From assembly GCA_963676835.2 (NCBI GenBank), contig CAXXFF010000004.1, positions 32,001 to 96,000 of the forward strand: a DNA stretch of 64,000 bases, given 5' to 3'. Source of the DNA: Marispirochaeta sp. Lineage in GTDB: Bacteria; Spirochaetota; Spirochaetia; JC444; Marispirochaetaceae. The translations under genes and the position numbers were made by a program. The notes beneath the pieces were generated by a model. The model was not told where the DNA came from, searched no databases, and saw only the letters and a program-made list of their open reading frames with translations. This document shows positions 57,432 through 64,000 of this stretch, piece after piece. Position 1 is the first letter of the stretch, and every line of letters begins with the position of its first letter.

Positions 57432-58922
57432 ATGTTTGAAATGTTCGGCATAGGATTTTCTGCAATTCTTGCTCCCGTACCTCTAATAATGATTTTTCTC
57501 GGAGTTGCCGTGGGTATTATCTTCGGGGCAATTCCGGGACTTACCGCCACCATGGGTGTCGCCTTGAGCCTTCCCATTACCTACAGCTTCTCTCCCATAG
57601 AAGGAATGGCCTTGCTGATCGGTATCTATATCGGAGGAGTTTCAGGAGGTCTGATATCGGCAATTCTTCTGAAAATACCCGGAACACCTGCATCTATAGC
57701 GACCACCTTCGACGGGCACCCCATGGCCGCAAATGGTCAGGCGGGAAAAGCCCTCGGTACAGGCCTGTTTTTCTCTTTTCTTGGAGGCTTGTTCAGTTTT
57801 CTCGTACTGTTTTTTATCAGCCCCCCACTTGCACGGCTGGCGCTGAGATTCGCACCCTTCGAGTACTTTGCCATAGCAATCTTTTCTCTCACCATGATTG
57901 CCTCAGTAAGTACAGGATCAACAATTAAGGGGCTTATCAGTGGTATCATAGGCGTGATCCTCTCCTGCGTTGGAACTGCTCCCATAGATGCGTATCCCCG
58001 TTTTACCTTCGGGTTCTATGAACTGGATGCCGGCTTCAGTCTTCTCCCTGCCCTGATCGGTCTTTTTGCCATTTCAGAAGTACTAAAGGCCGCCGAATCG
58101 GTGGAAGAGGTCCATGATGAGGATATCCAGAACTACAGCATAAAGGGACTGGGGTTCAGCCTGAAGGAGTTTAGGGAACAGATTGTAAACCTTATCCGAT
58201 CCAGTATGATTGGCACCGGTATCGGTATTTTGCCGGGAATAGGAGGCGGAACGTCTAATATCATTGCCTATCTTACGGCAAAACGAAGTTCCAAACATTC
58301 GGAGAAGTTCGGCACAGGCATAATGGACGGCATTGTAGCATCCGAGTCTGCCAACAATGCATCCGTTGGCGGAGCGCTTGTGCCTCTGCTTACCATGGGA
58401 ATCCCCGGGGACACGGTAACCGCCATGCTTCTGGGTGGGCTTATGCTGCATGGGATCATGCCCGGACCGCTCTTGTTTGAAAACTCCGGGGACCTGGTTT
58501 ATGCAATATTTGCTTCTCTAATAATCGCCAATTTCGCCATGCTTGGTATGGAATATTTCGGCATGAGGATATTTGTACGGCTGCTGAAAATACCCAAACG
58601 GTACCTCTTGCCGGTAATTATAGCACTCTGCGTTGTAGGTTCATTCGGCCTGAATAACCGGATTTTCGATGTATGGTCACTCTTTTTCTTCGGATTCCTT
58701 GGTTACAGCCTGGAAAAACGGGGGTTTCCCCTTCCTCCGATTATTCTCGGGTTTATTCTGGGGCCGATTGCAGAAGAAAACCTCCGCCGGGGACTTATGC
58801 TTTCCGACGGAACGTTTCTCCCCTTCCTGACACGGCCCATTTCTGCGGCGTTTCTGCTGATTGCGTTTGGATCGATTATTCTGAGCAGTATCAAAACGAA
58901 CAAGGAAAAAAAGAGAATATAA
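57432..58922 (+). CDS. tctA: TTT large permease
   Basis: GAIPGL, IPGTP, PGIGG, SESANNA, LTMGIPG. Confidence 0.95.
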   Translation: MFEMFGIGFSAILAPVPLIMIFLGVAVGIIFGAIPGLTATMGVALSLPITYSFSPIEGMALLIGIYIGGVSGGLISAILLKIPGTPASIATTFDGHPMAANGQAGKALGTGLFFSFLGGLFSFLVLFFISPPLARLALRFAPFEYFAIAIFSLTMIASVSTGSTIKGLISGIIGVILSCVGTAPIDAYPRFTFGFYELDAGFSLLPALIGLFAISEVLKAAESVEEVHDEDIQNYSIKGLGFSLKEFREQIVNLIRSSMIGTGIGILPGIGGGTSNIIAYLTAKRSSKHSEKFGTGIMDGIVASESANNASVGGALVPLLTMGIPGDTVTAMLLGGLMLHGIMPGPLLFENSGDLVYAIFASLIIANFAMLGMEYFGMRIFVRLLKIPKRYLLPVIIALCVVGSFGLNNRIFDVWSLFFFGFLGYSLEKRGFPLPPIILGFILGPIAEENLRRGLMLSDGTFLPFLTRPISAAFLLIAFGSIILSSIKTNKEKKRI

Positions 58923-58939
58923 CCTCAAAATTAATATCT

Positions 58940-58963
58940 CTCCCCGGCGTCACCGCCGGGGAG
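58940..58963. terminator. Hairpin between convergent genes
   Basis: CTCCCCGGCG-TCAC-CGCCGGGGAG. Confidence 0.7.
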
Positions 58964-58968
58964 CTTTC

Positions 58969-59658
58969 CTAGTCCAGATCATCCAGGGTAATCTCTACCC
59001 ACTGCTCTTCAATCTCCGGATCGATGGTAAGCTGAAAGGAATAGGAGTCATCGTCTGCATCTATGGCCATTATGTCATAGGCAATTCCACCCTCGGAAGG
59101 AAAGAGCAGAACCTCTACCTCTTCGTAGGGCATCAGGGTCGTCTCATAGTCCATAAAATCTATACCGTACATATCCGAATCCGCCGGGGAAATAAACAGG
59201 TAATAAAGCTCAAATCCGGTTGTATTCTCAATTGAGAGAGCCACAAGATCCTCTTCAAACTCTTCCATATCTACAGTGTCAGTAATTTTATCGGGACTGA
59301 GTACAATACGGGCAACTTCTCCCTCCTGCATGGTGTTGCTGTAAAGCTCATATACATTCCCCATCTCATCCACTGCTTTGAAATCAAAATCTGCTGATTC
59401 GCCGGGAAAGCTGATGTAGTAGCCGATCTCTTCACCTGAATCAAAGGTGCGGGTTGAACCAAGAACATCGGGACCCCAGTATTCGCTGTCTCCGGGTGAG
59501 AAAAAGAGATAGTAAATGCTGTTGCCGGTTTTGTTCCGGAAATTGATTTCATTGAAATAGTCATCAGCAAACAGGTCGAAGGAAAACAGCAGAGTTACAA
59601 GGATTATAAGAGTTACAAGAATAATCGGGTTTCGAACAGGTTTCATCATTGCCTCCAT
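58969..59658 (-). CDS. Exported acidic protein with two tandem repeated domains
   Basis: N.TG..(I/L)YYLF.SP.DS..(W/Y)G.D occurs twice; signal peptide; true start may be 59649 or 59646. Confidence 0.75.
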   Translation of the reverse strand: MEAMMKPVRNPIILVTLIILVTLLFSFDLFADDYFNEINFRNKTGNSIYYLFFSPGDSEYWGPDVLGSTRTFDSGEEIGYYISFPGESADFDFKAVDEMGNVYELYSNTMQEGEVARIVLSPDKITDTVDMEEFEEDLVALSIENTTGFELYYLFISPADSDMYGIDFMDYETTLMPYEEVEVLLFPSEGGIAYDIMAIDADDDSYSFQLTIDPEIEEQWVEITLDDLD

Positions 59659-59818
59659 ATATTCATCACTAAAACAGTACAGATTTCAGTATAATAAACC
59701 ACCGGAGCAAACACAAAACAAACAGTGCAGATCGCTTTTCTCTGGGCTTTTTTATGATTATATGGTAAAAATAATCACATTTATTGTGCGTTCATTATCG
59801 TTCCGGAGGAAAAAACTT

Positions 59819-61234
59819 GTGAAAAGCCGGTTTCTGTTTATTATTCTGCTGTTGAGTGTTGCGGCGCTCCTGCCCCTGACAGCGGAATCCTATAGAATTA
59901 AAGAAGTTAACTACCATATCGACGGAATTACCCGGGAAGGAGCTCTGATGAAAGAGCTCGAGGATCTGATGCCGGAAACTGTTTTTTCGTCCAAAGAAGA
60001 GCTGGAGACCTTCATTGCCCTGCAGCAGCAGCTGTTGATGAACCTCCGGCAGCTGAAGGAAGATTCCACCATAGAATACAGCATCGAAGAGGGCTCCAAC
60101 GATGTAATCATCGATGTCTATACAAAAGACACCTGGAATATTATTGTCTTCCCTATTCCCGAATACGACTCCAACAACGGTTTCTCTCTTACCTTGAAAT
60201 ACCGGGATAAAAATTTCTTCGGAACCCTGGAACGTTTCGCACTGAATTTCGCCTGGGAAACAAAAGACAGCGAGAACACGGTAAACATAGACGGTGAATT
60301 CACCTTACCCTTTGAGTGGAAGCAGCACCAGTGGTACTGGAATACCGGAGCAGACTGGGAATACTCAGATGGCGAACACGACCTGGAAACCTATACAGGT
60401 CTGGGGATCGATTTTGCCGTGGGAAATTATCTGCCCACATTTACGGTAACTGAAACCTTCAACTACGATACTGCAGATACGGCTGATGAAAACTGGTTCA
60501 CCACCAACTTCTCAATAGCGGAAGCATTTGATACAGGCCTTGTTCTGCCCGGGTTTGAAGAGTTCACCTATACCCCGTCACTCTACTCCGAGATAGATTA
60601 CAAGTTTGACGGCGCCATTTCGGAATCCAAAGAAGGGCTGGAAGTCGGTTTCGGTCAGACCCTGGCCGCCGGCCGGGTAGACTGGATTGGCAATTTCAGA
60701 AAAGGTGTTGATTTCAGTGTGGCTAATACCAATACCCGCAACCTGCAGCACGCCTACTGGGACAGGGATCTGACCATGTCTCTCTCCGGCTACTCTCCCC
60801 TGCCCTTTAAAATCCTTTTCTGGAACATGGCGGTTTCCGGAAGAATTGCCGGTCTTGCGGAGTTTGACGGAGTTGAGGATGATGCCGCTTCTTACATCAG
60901 GGGTATCCGTGATACCAAGATGGGAACTATGGTGGAATACGGCGGTTTTATAAACACCGACCTGACAATGCGTGCCTTTACCATTCCCAAATTTGTCGAG
61001 GCCCAGGGGTCCGTCTATTTTGACGCCGGCTGGGTTCAGGAAAAAGATATCAGTTTTGACCCGGATCAGCACTTTAAAATGGGTGTCGGAATTGAAGCCA
61101 TCGGCTTTCCCCTCTTTGCCCGCAGTTACTTCCTCCGGGGATCTCTCGGTTTTGACCTGAAAGAGATGATGGATGAAGGTACCTGGAGAGGCGATAACTA
61201 CGAACTCTTCATCGTACTGGGACACCACTACTAG
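59819..61234 (+). CDS. Omp85/BamA-like outer-membrane protein (one POTRA + barrel)
   Basis: Signal peptide, GITRE POTRA motif, DTWNI, D.NFFG, YFDAG, terminal Tyr; GGAGG RBS before GTG. Confidence 0.7.
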   Translation: MKSRFLFIILLLSVAALLPLTAESYRIKEVNYHIDGITREGALMKELEDLMPETVFSSKEELETFIALQQQLLMNLRQLKEDSTIEYSIEEGSNDVIIDVYTKDTWNIIVFPIPEYDSNNGFSLTLKYRDKNFFGTLERFALNFAWETKDSENTVNIDGEFTLPFEWKQHQWYWNTGADWEYSDGEHDLETYTGLGIDFAVGNYLPTFTVTETFNYDTADTADENWFTTNFSIAEAFDTGLVLPGFEEFTYTPSLYSEIDYKFDGAISESKEGLEVGFGQTLAAGRVDWIGNFRKGVDFSVANTNTRNLQHAYWDRDLTMSLSGYSPLPFKILFWNMAVSGRIAGLAEFDGVEDDAASYIRGIRDTKMGTMVEYGGFINTDLTMRAFTIPKFVEAQGSVYFDAGWVQEKDISFDPDQHFKMGVGIEAIGFPLFARSYFLRGSLGFDLKEMMDEGTWRGDNYELFIVLGHHY

Positions 61235-61250
61235 GATTTAAAAGAGAAAA

Positions 61251-61964
61251 ATGAAAATTCTGCCCATCAGACTCGGCCATGTCAGTGCCTACCTTGTTTC
61301 AAGCAAAGGCACTGCCATGCTGGTGGACACCGGGTTGCCCGGAAGCAGCCGTTCCATAAAAACATCCCTCGCCAAAGCGGGGGTTGTTGCGGACAATCTC
61401 AATCTTATAGTGCTTACCCATGCCCACTACGACCACGCAGGCTGTGCAGCCAGGCTCAAAGAAGAGTTCAATGCGCCGCTGCTTTGCACCGAAGAAGAAT
61501 CGGTCCATCTTGAAGCCGGCACTACCCCTTTTCCCCATGGGCTCAACCCCTATGCACGTATCATTACCGCCGCAGGACGAAAACTTCTGGGAACCCGCCG
61601 GCAGTTCGATCCCTGTACTGCGGATATCACCATCAAAGACTCCCTAAGGCTTGAAAGCTGGGGTATCGCAGGAACCGCATTGCCCTTTCCAGGACACTCC
61701 GCAGGCTCCCTTGCGCTAATACTTGATTCGGGGGAAGTATTTATCGGCGACGGAGCCTTTAATATCTTCCCCTCATCGGTGGTACCTCCCCTGGCGGACA
61801 GTACCGCACTGCTGCTTGAAAGCTGGAAAAAGCTGCTCTCATATGATTTTCATACCATCTACCCCGGACACGGCCGGCCTTTCAGACGGGAAAAGCTCGA
61901 AAACAGTCTGACTAAACTGGAAAGAATCGACCGCAAAATCAACAGAAAAAGGACAAACACATGA
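61251..61964 (+). CDS. MBL-fold metallo-hydrolase
   Basis: THAHYDH, PGHS.GS, GD, YPGHG. Confidence 0.92.
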   Translation: MKILPIRLGHVSAYLVSSKGTAMLVDTGLPGSSRSIKTSLAKAGVVADNLNLIVLTHAHYDHAGCAARLKEEFNAPLLCTEEESVHLEAGTTPFPHGLNPYARIITAAGRKLLGTRRQFDPCTADITIKDSLRLESWGIAGTALPFPGHSAGSLALILDSGEVFIGDGAFNIFPSSVVPPLADSTALLLESWKKLLSYDFHTIYPGHGRPFRREKLENSLTKLERIDRKINRKRTNT

Positions 61965-62722
61965 AAAGCATCTACTCCTGGAATGTAAACGGAATACGGG
62001 CAGCCCAGAAAAAAGGCCTCACAGAGTGGATGTCTGCACTCTCCGCAGATATTTTTGCCCTGCAGGAGACCAAGGCTCAGCCGGATCAGTTAGACGATGC
62101 TCTACTTAAACCGGAAGGCTATCGTGCATACTGGGCAAGTGCGGAGAAAAAAGGCTACAGCGGCGTCTGCGTCTATTCGAAAACAGAGCCGGAAAAAGTG
62201 GAAACCCTTAATGCTCATGAATTTGACTCCGAAGGACGGGGGCTGGTTCTTAATTTCCCCGAACTAACCCTTTTCAACTGCTATTTTCCCAACAGTCAGG
62301 CGGAAGGAGCCAGGCTGGACTATAAACTCGCCTTCTGCGGCCACCTCTTTGAACTTGCAAAAGAACGGGTAGCCGCCGGGGAAAACGTGGTAATAGTCGG
62401 GGACTATAATATTGCCCACAAGCCCATAGATCTGGCACGGCCGAAGCAGAACGAGCAGAATCCCGGCTATCTGCCGGAAGAAAGGGCATGGATGGACAGC
62501 TTTACCGAAGGCGGCTTTACCGATACCTTCCGCATGTTTAACCAGGAAGGGGATAACTACAGCTGGTGGTCCTACAGGGCCGGGGCACGGCAGAAGAATA
62601 TCGGATGGAGAATTGATTACCTCTGCATCAATGACGGATTCAGGGATTCCATCGAGTCATCATCAATTCATCCCGATGTAATGGGCTCCGACCACTGTCC
62701 CGTGTCAATAAGACTTAAATAG
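61961..62722 (+). CDS. xth: Exodeoxyribonuclease III
   Basis: SWNVNGIRA, LQETK, GYSGV, GDYNIAH, WWSYR, GWRIDY, SDHCP. Confidence 0.96.
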   Translation: MKSIYSWNVNGIRAAQKKGLTEWMSALSADIFALQETKAQPDQLDDALLKPEGYRAYWASAEKKGYSGVCVYSKTEPEKVETLNAHEFDSEGRGLVLNFPELTLFNCYFPNSQAEGARLDYKLAFCGHLFELAKERVAAGENVVIVGDYNIAHKPIDLARPKQNEQNPGYLPEERAWMDSFTEGGFTDTFRMFNQEGDNYSWWSYRAGARQKNIGWRIDYLCINDGFRDSIESSSIHPDVMGSDHCPVSIRLK

Positions 62723-62951
62723 TAAGATTTTTGTTAAATCCCTATTGCCGTCTATACACAATAATCTTTCCATGATAGATTCAGGACAATCAAACAGCGG
62801 CACCCCGGTCGGTGCTGCGCTTTGTATGTAGCTTATCTGATACTTTTCAAGTTATTACCAGGCAAAACAACACTTCCGCCGCGACCGGACCGGCACAAAT
62901 GTTTTGAAGAAAAACATGCCGCGACGTCGGATACACACGGAGATTTATTCT

Positions 62952-64000
62952 ATGACTCACTCAAAAAACGGCTCCAGTCAGGGGTCGGCAAACGCATTCA
63001 GCGAACTCGGTCTTATTCCGGAGCTGCAGAAGGCAGTTCTCGACAAAGGCTATACGACCCCCACCCCGGTTCAGGCTCAGGCTATCCCCCTTATTCTTCA
63101 TGGCGAAGATGTGCTCGGCGGTGCCCAGACAGGTACCGGCAAGACTGCAGCCTTTGTTCTGCCCATTCTGCAGCGCCTCGGCAAAGCCGGAGGCCCGAAG
63201 AGCAAACCCAGGGCCCTTATTCTTACTCCTACACGGGAGCTCGCCGCCCAGGTACACCAGAGCGTGGTGGACTACGGCACCAACATTAAGATGTTTTCCA
63301 CCTGTATCTACGGCGGCGTCGGCATGACCCCCCAGATCCGGGCTATCAGACGGGGTATAGATATTATCGTTGCAACCCCGGGACGGCTGCTGGACCATAT
63401 GGGTCAGGGGCATATCGACCTGAGTAAAGTTGAAACCTTTGTTCTCGATGAAGCCGACAGAATGCTTGATATGGGTTTTATCCACGACATACGTAAAGTG
63501 GAAGCGGAACTGCCCAAGGACAGGCAGAACCTGCTCTTTTCCGCTACCTATTCGGATGATATAAGAAAGCTTGCTCAGTCCATTCTGCATAATCCGGTAT
63601 CCGTCGAGGTTACCCCGCGGAATACTGCTGCAGACACCATAACCCATAAGGTTCATCCTGTAGCCAAAGGTGCAAAAAAAGACCTTCTGGTTAAGCTGAT
63701 AAAAGAGAACAACTGGTACCGTATCCTGGTGTTCACCCGCACCAAACACGGTGCCGACAGGCTGGCAAAGCAGCTTTATAAAGAGGGCATCGTCTCTGCG
63801 GCGATCCACGGCAATAAAAGCCAGGCTGCCCGGACCAAGGCACTGAAGGAATTCAAGGCCGGTAAGGTACAGACCCTGGTGGCCACCGATATTGCCGCCA
63901 GAGGAATTGATATTGACGAACTTCCCCACGTTGTAAACTACGAACTCCCCAATATTCCCGAAGACTATATTCACCGCATCGGCCGTACCGGACGGGCGGG
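62952..64000 (+). CDS. rhlE: DEAD-box RNA helicase (RhlE-like), 3' truncated by the window
   Basis: Not in the ORF track. From ATG 62952: [59 protein letters not shown]. Confidence 0.92.
   Translation, partial: MTHSKNGSSQGSANAFSELGLIPELQKAVLDKGYTTPTPVQAQAIPLILHGEDVLGGAQTGTGKTAAFVLPILQRLGKAGGPKSKPRALILTPTRELAAQVHQSVVDYGTNIKMFSTCIYGGVGMTPQIRAIRRGIDIIVATPGRLLDHMGQGHIDLSKVETFVLDEADRMLDMGFIHDIRKVEAELPKDRQNLLFSATYSDDIRKLAQSILHNPVSVEVTPRNTAADTITHKVHPVAKGAKKDLLVKLIKENNWYRILVFTRTKHGADRLAKQLYKEGIVSAAIHGNKSQAARTKALKEFKAGKVQTLVATDIAARGIDIDELPHVVNYELPNIPEDYIHRIGRTGRA

Noticed and set aside
62961..63974. 337-aa minus-strand ORF
   Set aside because: Antisense shadow of the DEAD-box helicase, which has all conserved motifs on the plus strand
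1..64000. CRISPR arrays, tRNA/rRNA genes, IS elements, integrases, prophage
   Set aside because: No repeat-spacer periodicity, RNA-gene signature or transposase/integrase motif was recognised by eye; a covariance-model scan would be needed to exclude small RNAs

Overview
A gene-dense bacterial chromosomal window, probably from a free-living anaerobic spirochaete (inferred from gene content). No CRISPR array, rRNA, tRNA, transposase or integrase was recognised. In order it holds: a truncated Cache-type membrane sensor with a lone TRAP solute-binding protein; fabF plus a FabX/NMO-like flavo-FeS enzyme, converging on a HEPN-like/unknown gene pair; modABC and an HTH-PBP molybdate-type regulator interrupted by an in-frame TGA; a sugar-acid catabolic cluster (two GntR regulators, split transketolase, PrpR-like sigma54 activator, Fe-ADH, 2-hydroxyacid dehydrogenase, frameshifted HpcH aldolase, LarA-superfamily protein); a large monofunctional transglycosylase; an OM-barrel/FecR/lipoprotein operon divergent from a CHASE2 adenylate cyclase; cls; sigma54-driven amt-glnK; an AT-rich LacI/dehydrogenase/TRAP/transketolase island with a duplicated operator; sbcB; proXVW; an ABC-F; a tripartite tricarboxylate transporter split around its sigma54 activator, with a URO-D-fold enzyme; an Omp85-like protein; an MBL hydrolase; xth; and a truncated DEAD-box helicase. 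The best candidates for undescribed biology are the FabF/FabX-like/HEPN-like block, the kinase-less transketolase pathways, the TTT/URO-D sigma54 regulon and the CHASE2 trans-envelope module. All calls come from reading motifs by eye, without database searches.
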